Shown: piece after piece, positions 12,930 to 24,979 of the stretch | How the letters are laid out: each line of letters opens with the position of its first letter | Numbering within the stretch: the stretch's first letter is position 1 | Origin: Octopus vulgaris | Taxonomy: Eukaryota | Direction of reading: 5' to 3' | Length of the DNA stretch: 64,000 nucleotides | Assembly: GCA_951406725.2 (NCBI GenBank) | Contig: OX597817.1 | Coordinates: forward strand, 36,642,001-36,706,000 | Translations under genes and position numbers: made by a program | Notes under the pieces: generated by a model | Databases searched by the model: none | What the model saw: the letters and a program-made list of their open reading frames with translations, nothing else | Told to the model about the DNA's origin: nothing

Positions 12930-15560
12930 ATATTAAGCCAACTGGTGAAAGCTACGGACATAATTCCGTTTTGAACTCTCGATTCTCATCTTTTAACAAT
13001 TGACAGGAAAAATCCGTACTACACAGATTTCTCGGCAATATATCTTTTAATACTTTTTAGAGTGTCAGAATATGGAATGCAACTGATATATCTTTAAATA
13101 TATCTTTATTTCAAACTCCACGATGTCTTTCATCTCATTCAGTATCTTACGTTTATAATTTGCACTTATGTTTCCAAACATCTTTAATGCCGCTGAAGAC
13201 ATTGTTTCTGGCACATTCCAACGTTTTACAACTTCGTTCTCAGATTTTCAACAAATTGTTCTTCCTTAACGTATTATGTTCAGCAAATTGTTTGATTGGC
13301 ATTATTGCTAGTTTGGTTGGGTTGCTTTTCTTTGTGCTTTCATCATTTATCGGTATTTTTTCTTTTTCGTCCTGCTCGTACTTCTAATCTTTATCTTTTT
13401 GCAGATGTATTAAGACATTTGAAGATTTAGAATTTCTAGTTATTATAACTGTTATAGAACAACATGAATGCAAAAGATTGAAATTACCGATTCCATTGTC
13501 CCCTACTTCTTCATCTCCTTCAATAGATTCACTGAATCCCATCATTAAAATATTGACGTAGGATGGTGAAAGGCACTCGATTTTAGACACCAACTTTCTT
13601 TTTGTAACTAATGTCAATCAAAATCGAAATTTGTTCATTTTTATATGAATTTGGTAAACTCTTTTACACTTTCTCATAAGAAACAGTAATACTTTATGCC
13701 GCAAACGGTCAAGGGTGATTTTTATGCGTCAGTGATAAATGACTGGTTTCTAAGTTCTGATAACATTACAAATCTGAATAAAAGTGTTTCCTCCATCTTG
13801 GAAATTAGCTTGTACTACAATGGATAACATTTTTAATGTTGATTTCAATCGAGTAAGTAAAACATTGAACAAAATCGCCCACTGATAGGTAATTATATTA
13901 ATTGTGCAGATATTTAAGCACATTCTGAAACTTCTCTTCATTGGCGGGAGTATAGCAATTAATTCCATCAATTTATTGGGTCATTCATTATACAATACGT
14001 GAAACTCTCGCAAATTTTACAATCTCTGTAACATATTTACCTCCCAGCATTATGTCATCCAAGTGATTTATTAAGCTTTAGCTTCTTAATTTCTTGTGCA
14101 AATACTGAAGTGAATGCTGGCTCTTGACTATTTCTCAAATGGAATTTCCTTTCTTCATTTCTTAGCCCATTATTATCTACCTCAGCTTTCTGGCTGCAAA
14201 GTCTCTCACAATATCCTCTCCACCGTTTAGCTAAATTATTTGTTTTCGTTAGCAGATTGCCGTATTTATCTTCAACGACTTCACATTTAAGTATCCGTTC
14301 ATTGGTTAGATCTCTGAGCATTGCATATAATTTACTCGAGTTATTTGCTTTCTGACTGATTTCTTTTCCTTCACAACTTTCGTAAATCCCTGTATCGTAG
14401 ATTGCCCTAATTTCCTGTTTACTATTCGATTGGCCAATCGATATTCGATTCCTTCTGTCTCATTTTCGAATTCGTTTCTGTTTCAGATCTTCCCTTTCAT
14501 CACAATTGATTAAAAACACCTTTATTTATCAAAGGATTCTTAACTTTCTTCCTATTGCCAAGAATTCTGTCGGCCACAGTTGTTATTATTTCTTCAAAGT
14601 ATCTTGTTAATTCTTACACGTTTCTATCTAATAACAAAATACGAATTTTCCTTCTGTTTGTACATTAATATCTGTTACGCTCCGTTCTTTAAACATTTCA
14701 AGACCACTCTTGATTTTCATTCTGCATGATTGACTTGAGTTTAACTTTTATACGTCATCCTCAAAATTCGCAAACGCTACCTATATCAGCAGCTGGAAAT
14801 GTTAAGTCTTAAAGACATTTACGCTCCATTTATACTCAATTTGATCGAACAATACAATCGATTCTGATGTTAGATATCTCGGTAACTCTTGAGATGAATG
14901 CCATATGATTCTCCTTTGCGGTTTGTGATGATGTACTGTATTTACACTACAGAAAATTAAGGCATCCTTGAACACAGAATAGCAGTGAAAACAGCTTAGA
15001 AGATTGGATAAATACTCTGAGAAGACTTGAAACAGAATTTACTATATTTAGCCTGTGTTGATTTTTCAGTTCTAATAATCTTATTCGCCTGTCGTAAAAG
15101 TTTTACCAAACCTTCTTTAGTATCTGAATCAAAGTTTACCTTACGGTCATCTTGCATTTTGTTCTTGTCCTAGGTTTTATAGAATTTCTCCACTCCTTCA
15201 TCACTGCAATACCTAGATGGTGTCTGCATTTGTACTGTTAAGATGTATGACTGGTTTGCTATTTACATATTCTCTGGAAATGCAAATTATTGCTGAATTT
15301 AATGTAATTTCACGTACAAAGAAATTCAGAAGCTGTTTTATGGTAACTTTCCTCGTTCCTAAACCACACTTTAAACAATTTATTTGTGACTAGTAGACTC
15401 CATACGTTCTTACTTAATTTCGAAACCCCTTTAGCGAGTCTGGAAAGATCTATTACGTCACCGTGGCATAGTTCAGTTGTGCTTTGACAGATCCCAGCCA
15501 ATCGAACCTGGAGGCGTATGAATAAAACAGCAGTGATCTGCCTTAGCAGCAGAACTCGCT
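12930..15560 (-). mobile_element. Heavily decayed RTE-clade LINE (APE endonuclease to RT region)
   Basis: Minus-strand peptides TVQMQTPSRYCSDEGVEKFYKT (RTE APE, like VIQVYAPT...EVEKFY) and VVEDKYGNLLTKTNNLAKRWRGYCERL...EIKKLKLNKSLG; many stops. Boundaries approximate. Confidence 0.7.
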
Positions 15561-16269
15561 ACAGAAGAGAATCGGCAGTTTCAAATCGGTTGCAGAGTTG
15601 ACGGCATAGAAGCAACATCGTTTTCTTCGGCATATCACATTTTCTCTATCCAGCTCCAACTTACATGCGACTCATTTGATTAATATCAACTTCAACTCTG
15701 CTTCATATAAACCTCAGGGTATATAGTAAGTCATGCGATTTTTCCTGTCTCGCATATGCATATATCTGTTTCCCATTCATATTCAAGAATAATCCTTGTT
15801 ATCACTTGCTAGCACTCATTACGCAAATGAATAAATTTCAATGTTTTTGTTGTATAAACTTGCCTTCTGAATATTCTTTATTCACGCCTCTTTAAGAAAT
15901 CACTGAAAACGGATTCTTTCTATGAACGGCCTTGTAAAAATGCAAACTATGCATTATGTTACAACACGAACACGTTACATATAGGAGACACTCCCCCCAA
16001 CTTACATTGGTGACTCAGCCAGTTACACCCTTTAATATTCTTAGAATATCTATTGACTACTTAACATAACTGTTTCGGAAGTATCGTTCAAATATTTTGT
16101 CAGAAATACACTTCACAATTTGTTGTGATTTTGCATGATTCGAAAACAGCACGAAAATCACGACAATTTGACTAAAGGGAATCTCTAAACGTAATATATA
16201 TAAAATATTACTTTTATACACACGCACGCGCAGCACAGACACGTCCATCCATATATATATATATATATT

Positions 16270-16735
16270 GGCGCAGGAGTGGCTGAGTGATAAGTAGCTT
16301 GTTTACCAACCACATGGTTCCGGGTTTAGTCCCACTGTGTGGCACCTTGGGCAAGTGTCTTCTACTATAGCCTCGGGCCGACCAAAGCCTTGTGAGTGGA
16401 TTTGGTGGACAGAAATTGAAAGAAGCCTGTCGTATATATGTATATATATATATTTCAACAATTGAGGGTAAAATTAATTAATTATTAATCAATTTCACCA
16501 AGTGTTCAGTATGCAAAGGGACCATTTAAGGCGAATTCAAATTATTACAATATATAAAAGGGCTTAGTAAAATAAATTACTTTGCCGCATACTGAACTCA
16601 TTAGAAATAGCAGCTAAAAAACTTTTTTAAAAACCATTTTAGAAATGTTTTTTAAAAAAGTTTTTAGCTGCTATTTCTAATGAGTTCAGTATGCGGTAAA
16701 AGTAATTTATTTTACTAAGCCCTTTTATATATTGT

Positions 16736-16808
<73 letters not shown>

Positions 16809-17028
16809 TGTGTGTGTTTGTGTGTCTGTGTTTGTCCCCCTAGCATTGCTTGACAACCGATGCTGGTGTGTTTATGTCCCCGTTACTTAGTGGTTCGGCA
16901 AAAGAGACCGATAGAATAAGTACTGGGCTTACAAAAGAATAAGTCCCGGGGTCGACTTGCTCGATTAATGGCGGTGCTCGAGCATGGCTGCAGTCAAATG
17001 ACTGAAACAAGTAAAAGAGTAAAAGAGT
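16270..17028 (+). mobile_element. SINE family A, full length, interrupted in its internal (TA)n
   Basis: tRNA-like head (tggctgagtg...ggtttagtccc), body, 3' end cagtcaaatgactgaaacaa(gtaaaaga)2; many homologous copies in the window. Confidence 0.9.
16453..16741. mobile_element. Palindromic insert (about 100-bp arms, 16541-16741) with a one-sided extension, probably an inverted PLE pLTR
   Basis: Near-perfect inverted repeat centred near 16641, flanked by (TA)n. The PLE origin is inferred. Confidence 0.6.
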
Positions 17029-17397
17029 ATATACAACAATATATATCACAGACAAAGCATAAAGCAAATGACATGACGTATGCGAAATGTAATGTCAACG
17101 CCATATGAAATACACAGCATGTAAACCAAGTTTATGCTGTTTGATAAGTTATGTTAGTATGTTTTTTGCATTTTCTGTTCACGTTTTTGTCTTCTAATCG
17201 AAACAGAAACAAAAAAAGCAAGAAATTGCAAGATGTCGCTGTTGGCATTGTTTTCACTGCACTGAGTCTCTAATCGAAATTATATCAAGGCTGAATGATT
17301 TTATTAAATAAAATGGAAGGCTACATGCATTTGAATTACATACATACATGCATACATATATACATACATTAAGCGTGTCTCTGTGTATGTGCGTGTG

Positions 17398-17449
<52 letters not shown>

Positions 17450-17574
17450 AGTGTATATATATATATATATAATATTAGGGGGTATAAATCTAGGTAGAAA
17501 TTTTATCATTTATATATTTCTATATGGTATGATTTACGTCTATCATTGTTTGAATTACATGATCCTGTTATGTC

Positions 17575-17762
<188 letters not shown>

Positions 17763-18507
17763 ATACAAATCTGTATATATGTAGTTCGGTGTGCTTGTGC
17801 GTGCGCCTGTATATGTGAACATGTTCGTGCTGAATCCAGTGACGATATGCTATCACATATGACAAAAAAAATGGCAGTTTGTTTTGCTTCACATGATTTT
17901 AAATAATTAAAGAGTAAAACTATGAAGAAAATTTAAATTCACCAACAAATAAATCCTAAACAGTAGAATACAATCTCTCTACACCCATGCCATCCTCGCT
18001 ACGCACATAAAATATTCAATTTTACACTTTTGCGGCTTAATGTCCATAAAGTATTACAATCAGCATGATTCCATATTTGGCACATGTATTTTGATTGATT
18101 TTTTTCCCCTCTTTCCCGATATTTTATTACACATGCGAGTGATTTACGAGTGAGGGAAATTGTCAACCTTGATACAAAAGTGTAGAGAAGAAAAATAATA
18201 CAATCACATGTTATGGGTATATCGCTCCTAATACTCATCGCCTGTATTGGAATCCCTAACCACCCGTCATATCAAATACCAATATTTAAAAGAAGTAAAA
18301 CTGAAATAGAAATGAAAAAAAAAAAACAATCAGAAAATCATTCTATTTCACTATCAATCAATTGATCGATCAATTATTCAATAAATCTATTTTTCGATGC
18401 TTCCCTATGCATACCTATCTATTTTTTTTCCTGACACACGCAGGCATTTTCTCTCCTTTATTCTCCCTTTCTCCTTCTCTATCCTATCCATTCACGCATA
18501 TGCTCAC

Positions 18508-18511
<4 letters not shown>

Positions 18512-18576
<65 letters not shown>

Positions 18577-18600
18577 GCACACATAAACACTCACACAGAG
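18512..18600. repeat. (CA)n microsatellite
   Basis: Directly visible. Confidence 0.95.
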
Positions 18601-19354
18601 ATTCAGACACACGACACACACGTATACACGTAGAGGGAAGAGTGTGAGCTCGCGTACGTGTGTTTTTCGGTTTGTACGTGTATACGTGTATGTAAGTATG
18701 TGTTTGTGTGTATACGTATAAAGGTGTTTGTGTTTTTTGCTTATATATCTGCACATACACACATACTTACATACACGCCCACACATAATGGCACACGCGT
18801 GCATACACAGGCGAACGGTTATTTCTACACAGAAATACCTATCAGTACCCAAAGACAATGTTTTAGATTGCTGAAATTCCTTCCCCATTGTCCTCGTACA
18901 GCAAGCCGTGGTCAGTAAGTTGTGAAGAACCATCGGGAGTTGTAATCAAGAAATAACTGCATTAGCCTTATTACTCGCTCCTCTTGTATACAAATATTAA
19001 TGTGAATCATACCCAATAGAGTAAAGCCCGAATCTTTTCTGACAGTTTGAAGCTTAATAAAATATTATACATTGAAGTTACCGCTCCTGAATTTGATAAT
19101 AAAGTTATCATCAGATAATTTGCACGTACCCGACCGAATGAAAAACCGCATGGTCCAGCGTAATCGCTTGAAAATTTACAAAATCACTTGTGTGTGTGTG
19201 TGCGCGTTTGTGCGAGTGTATGTGTGCGTGGGTGTGTGAGTGTATGTGTGTGTGTGTGTGAGAGTGTGTGTAGTGTGTGTGTGAGTGTGTGTATGGAAAG
19301 AATGAGATATATATGGAGAGAAGGGAGTCCTGCGTGTCAGGACAAGATGGATAG

Positions 19355-19418
<64 letters not shown>

Positions 19419-19995
19419 AGAGAGAAAGAGAGAGAATGAGAGAGAGAGAGAGAGAGGGAGAAATGGATATTTTGAAAAGTTAGTAATTACAACTTGATCT
19501 CCTCAAAATACACAACTTAAAAACTTCCTTAGTAGAACAAAGGGATGTCTAGACTAAAGAATCGAATTTTTGCTATCCTTCCACCTCCCAGACAGAGCTG
19601 ACAAATATATCCTTTAAATCACACCGCAGCGTCCTGAAAGAGACAGGAGATAATGAACTATGTCGTGACATAAACCGAGGACAAGATAATTATGGCTTTT
19701 ATGTGAATGAGTAAGAGTTGTAAAGACAAAACCAGTCAAACTTTCCAAGTCGTCCAAGGTTGGTGTGATGAAGTTATCTATCAATCAGAAATCTGATTTC
19801 AAAGCTTGCAATATGTATGGAGATGGTGTTAAGATGGGCAATGTATTAAGTCTACGCAACAATCTTTATCTCTTTTATTATTGTCAACGATGAGGAAAAT
19901 CTATCACAAAACGTACTCGAAGCACAAATGCGAAATATATACGAAAGGCTGTGACGCCGCTGTCGTAGACTTCTCGGTAAAATAAAATAAATAAA

Positions 19996-20230
19996 GGCGT
20001 AGTAGTGGCTGTGTGATAAGTAGCTTGCTTACGAACCACATGGTTCCGGGTTCAGTCCCACTGCGTGGCACCTTGGACAAGTGTCTTCTACTATAGCCTC
20101 GGGCCGACCAGAGTCTTGTGAGTGGATTTGGTAGACGGAAACTGATAGAAGCCCGTTGTATGTATGTATATATATATATGTGTGCGTGTATGTTATGTAT
20201 CTGTGTTTGTCCCCCAACATCGCTTGACAA
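19996..20230 (+). mobile_element. SINE family A, 3'-truncated
   Basis: Matches the 16270 copy from the head to cgcttgacaa. Confidence 0.88.
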
Positions 20231-20231
20231 A

Positions 20232-20474
20232 CTTAATCCGTTTGTCTGTCCTTCTTTGTCCTCTCTGTGTTTAGCCCCTTGTGGGTAGTAAAGAAATAGG
20301 TATTTCGTCTGTCTTTACGTTTTGAGTTCAAATTCCTTCGAGGTCGACTTTGCCTTTCATCCTCTCGGGGTCGATAAATTAAGTACCAGTTGCGTAATGG
20401 AGTCGATCTAATCGACTGGCTCCCTCCCCTAAATTTCGGGCCTGACGTGCTAACGATTCCGCCAGCTCGCCGCC
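20232..20474 (+). mobile_element. SINE family B, rearranged (tail, then body, then inverted head)
   Basis: Matches 7568-7652, then 7471-7590; ends with the reverse complement of the head. Confidence 0.8.
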
Positions 20475-21196
20475 TTATATATTAGGAAAGTGAATGAACC
20501 TTGCACCTTTTAGTTTCCATTTCTTACAGAAAATAGTATTGAAAAACATTATTATTCTTCATTTCATATAGCAGTGATAAACATCCAAATCAATACATTT
20601 TTTATGTTTAAAAATGTATTTATGTAAAATGTTTAAACTTCAATTGAAGACTCTATAATATTCAAGAGTATTTAACGTTCAATGCAACAAGAGAGAAAAG
20701 ATAATGTAAAAATAAATTCATAACCAACAACATAATAAATATATATTAGAAACAAGTATCTAATAATTAAATTGTTGATTTATTTGATATTTACTTGCAA
20801 ATGTCAAATGGTCAAACATAAATGTAGAAAATAGTTATCGTATTGCAAATGAGCGTTCTACCGTAATGGTTACGATAATATTTTCCTTTCAAATAAATAA
20901 TTGTTATGTTATTTTATTCCGTTATAAACCATACGCACAATGCTGGCCGTTCGCTTTGCAATCTAGGAATGATAAAGTTACAGTTATCTTGTAGAGTCTG
21001 GGTCATAAAGAAAAGGTGGTAGGTATGCTACTCGATTTTCCACCACACTCTAGCTGAGATGACCTTAGCAGAATTGGAGCTGAGGCCCAATTTGATGCTG
21101 GTTTGACTCTACTATGTGTCCATCGTTGTTTTTAGGAGGCATGGCCAGGCTAGGTAACCAATCTAAGAATAACTACGTTACATTTTCTTGTCAATA

Positions 21197-21596
21197 TATT
21201 ACTTTACTGCCCACAATGGGCTAAACAAGGACAGACGAATGGATTAAGCCGATTACATGGACACCAGTGCGAAACTGGTATTTATTTAATCGACTACGAA
21301 AGGATGAAAGGCAAAGTCGACCTCGGCGGAATTTGAACTCAGAAAGTAGCGGCAGACAAAATACCTATTTCTTTACTACCCACAAGGGGCTAAACACAGA
21401 GAGGACAAACAAGGAGAGATACATGGATTAAGTCGATTATATCAACCCCAGTGCGTAACTGGTACTTAATTTATCGACCCCGAAAGGATGAAAGGCAAAG
21501 TCGACCTCGGCGGAATTTGAACTCAGAACGTAATGGCAGACGAAATACTGCTAAGCATTTCGCCCGGCGCGCTAACGTTTCGGCCAGCGCGCCGCC
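21197..21596 (-). mobile_element. SINE family B dimer with about 17-bp TSD
   Basis: Two tandem body units; TSD acat(t/g)ttcttgtcaata at 21180-21196 and 21601-21617. Confidence 0.88.
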
Positions 21597-22564
21597 TTTA
21601 ACATGTTCTTGTCAATAGCGGCGGCCATGAATATAGAAAGGGCATGATTTCTGCTCAACTTCTAACTTATCCACAAATTAATGTTGAAACAATAATGTCT
21701 GAGGAGAAGTTGTAAAGCCTGTTGTTTTATTCATATAATGACATTACACACTGAAAATGATTTTGTACATTAGACATTTAAGTTCAGTTAACACCGGAGG
21801 CGAATAAGCATTTCACTGCAATCAGCTTTATGTTAGTAGTAAAACAGGAAAGTTTCGAAAAATGACAATAGCTCTTCTAAGAATTGGCCTTGCCTCTAGT
21901 AAGAAAAAAAAAAGCGAAACAACATTATTTAATAAAGAAAATTTCTCTGAACATTGCTGGAAGCAGTTTCTATGTATGTGTTCTTTACTTGTCTTTGAAA
22001 TCTTTTTTATAAACTTGGTTTGTAAACAGGAGACAATGTTTTTACATTTGGGATCTAGACAACAAAAGTAGAGTTATAAATTGAATTTCAAAAATGTCAT
22101 GCATGTTTTCACCGATGCACTTACATTTTCAATTCCCAGAATATATTTTAGATGCTTTTTTTTTGTTTCATTGAAACAGTAACATAATTCATAAGTGCAA
22201 ATTTAAATTTACAATCTAGGGCAATTTGGCTGGGCATCTTTCTTGCACATATTAGTGTATATATGATCAATATCAAGTTTTCTTTTAAAATTATTTTTAT
22301 GAAGAAATAGCTATTTTCCAACTAACTGTACCCCAGTAGAGAAATTGCACACACACACACACACACGCACACAGACACACACACATACGCATACACGCAC
22401 GCGCACACAAAGAAATTCCCCGTCGTTATATGACGGATGAGGGTTCAGCGAATTCTTAATAAACAAATATATACATGCTGTGCTTATAATAATCAAATAT
22501 TTGTGCTGACATCCAGTCGACATTGCCTGCACAGTTCACAAATTTGTAACGCATCAGATGACAA

Positions 22565-22698
22565 AATGATCGCGCGCAGTTCAACGTGAAATAAAGAGTT
22601 TTACTTAAGAAGACAACAAACTGCCCGGAGTAGGAATCAAAACCACGATCACCAGATCATAAATGCGACATCCTAACTACTAGGCTATGCACCATCAC
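22565..22698 (-). mobile_element. Degenerate tRNA-derived SINE head
   Basis: Reverse complement has tagcctagtagttagg (A-box-like) and ggttttgattcc (B-box-like), similar to the 42343 element. Confidence 0.5.
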
Positions 22699-22699
22699 T

Positions 22700-22700
22700 A

Positions 22701-22781
<81 letters not shown>

Positions 22782-22944
22782 CTCTGTCTGTTTATCTGAC
22801 TGTCTGTCTGTTTGCCTGCCTGTCTGTTTGTCTATCTATCTATTTATCTATCTGTTTGTCAGTCTGTCTGTCTGACTCTATCAATCTATTTATCTATATC
22901 TATCAATCAATTAATCAATCTATCTATCTATATATCTATATGTT

Positions 22945-23012
<68 letters not shown>
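22700..23012. repeat. (TATC)n / (TGTC)n / (TA)n compound microsatellite
   Basis: Directly visible. Confidence 0.95.
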
Positions 23013-23015
<3 letters not shown>

Positions 23016-23515
23016 GATCAAAAAGAATGGTTAAGTGTACAACTTAACCATTCTTTTCGATCATACCTAAAGATGACCGTTCTAACAGGATTTAATTAGA
23101 CTCTCCTACACTCCAGGGAATAATGAACTGCAACAGATATAACTGATGAGGAACATTCTTCCACTGCGAAACGAAAGAGAGCAAAATATGGAGACTTCTA
23201 GACGATGAATATATAAATATTTATATTTATAGATCCAATTTTCACGGAGTACAAACGATAGAGATAATTAAAAGGCTTAAGGAAAGCTATTATTAGTCCA
23301 ATAGCTGTTTCTAGGGGTTCGGATATCCCTCATAATGTTGGTAGAGTTTGTCCATCACAATATGCGGTTATAATGGAGGCAATTGAAATTGGATGTACTG
23401 AAATTGAAGTAAACCCAACGGTGGAGAATATGTATAAAAATTAACCTGATACGAGACCTGAGTCTCTATGAAATGTTTTGCAGTGAAGTCTGTTCGATAC
23501 GTTACAGCACAGACA

Positions 23516-23686
23516 TACGAGGGACTCCTGAAAAGTTTCTGGCTTTGGGTAAAAGAAAATACACGAGGATCAGTTAGTTATGATTTTATTCCGCATATTT
23601 CCTTCTCAGATTCACACGCTTATTGCAGTAGTCCTCCAGTTTTTCTAAGGCCTGTAAAAGAACTCAGAATGTTGTGCCTCCAACCA
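23516..23686 (+). mobile_element. Mariner-derived MITE fragment (same family as 4914)
   Basis: tacgagggactcctgaaaagtttctggcttt TIR and shared internal ttctcagattcacac(a/g)cttattg; truncated where the SINE D hairpin begins. Confidence 0.7.
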
Positions 23687-23703
23687 CTACGCCATATGCC
23701 CAC

Positions 23704-23774
23704 GGGCATATGGCGTAGTGGTTAAGAGCGCTAGCTGCTAACTCCAAGATCCCGACTTCGATTCCAGGCTGTGA

Positions 23775-23828
<54 letters not shown>

Positions 23829-23964
23829 TACATCAGGAATAAGAACCCAGGTTCGAAATTTCCCGAAGACAGCTGATGGCTGGAGGGTATATCAGTTCGA
23901 AACGTTGTGTTAATAACAAAGATGAGGACAAGTATCCGTCAAATGTAAATAATGTAAATAATGT
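23704..23964 (+). mobile_element. tRNA-headed SINE (family D) with internal (AAT)n, HHR-like 3' motif and (AATGTAAAT)n tail
   Basis: A box tggcgtagtgg, B-box-like cttcgattcc, (AAT)n at about 23779-23823, HHR-like motif at 23868-23911, tandem tail at 23941-23964. Confidence 0.75.
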
Positions 23965-24731
23965 GCTGAAAAAAATGACTTGCTGTTTTCACTGCTTCCA
24001 CTTACACATTTTATTTCCCGACTCTCAGAGATGTTATCACTTTGTATGATTTGATTGAAAAGCGTCAGAGTTTTACTTAGAAAGTGAGTAGTATAATCAA
24101 ATACACCAATTATTTTACTTACAGCATGCAATATCTGTTCTATGTATTGAAGATGTTGGTTCGATGTATTTGAACATTAATGTCTTCTGTCTAATTCAAG
24201 ATGAAATTGTATGTACACATACAAATACACACACGCACGCACATACACACACGCACGCACATACACACACACACACAGACGCACACACACATATGCATAC
24301 ACACATATACACACTCGCACATGCACAAACGCACGCACATACACACACATACTCATATACACACAAACATAGCACGAGTGTGTATATGCGTGGCTCCTAT
24401 TGTTGGTTCCCTGTACTGTTATTCCTTATTTGTACTGTTTTTTCTTCATTTGTATTGCTTTTACGTCCTGTTCTTGTCACTTGTTTTACCCCTCTGCAAA
24501 AGAATTTTATTTAATTCCTTTTTCAGGAAGGACTGCTTCGGCCTGGCCGTGTTCTGCCCTTACCTTCGAAACACGCATTGAGTCGAACCAGAGGCAGCTG
24601 ATGAAGGGGAATTTTCCTTGTATTGTTCGTCCTGTACTCTGTTTTTTCGTTGTTAAAAAAAGTCCGTTTCCTTGTTTGGTTTTATGTTTTCGTTTCTCGT
24701 TGTGTTCTACGTTTCTTTGTGGTGTCCTGTA

Positions 24732-24784
<53 letters not shown>

Positions 24785-24979
24785 TTGTATATATACATGT
24801 AGATGTAAGTATGTACATATATGTATGTATATATGCATATATTTTATTTATTTATTTATTATATTGTTATTATATATACATGTATATATATTTAAAGTTA
24901 ATAAAAGAAAATGTAAAGAAATATACTGTAAACTTTAAATTTATTTGTATTACCATGTATCAGTAGTTACATGACTTTC

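Noticed and set aside
23704-23775. Functional tRNA gene (also the heads at about 29035-29106 and 42650-42722)
   Set aside because: A/B boxes are present, but they continue into SINE bodies and no complete cloverleaf with an acceptor stem is evident.
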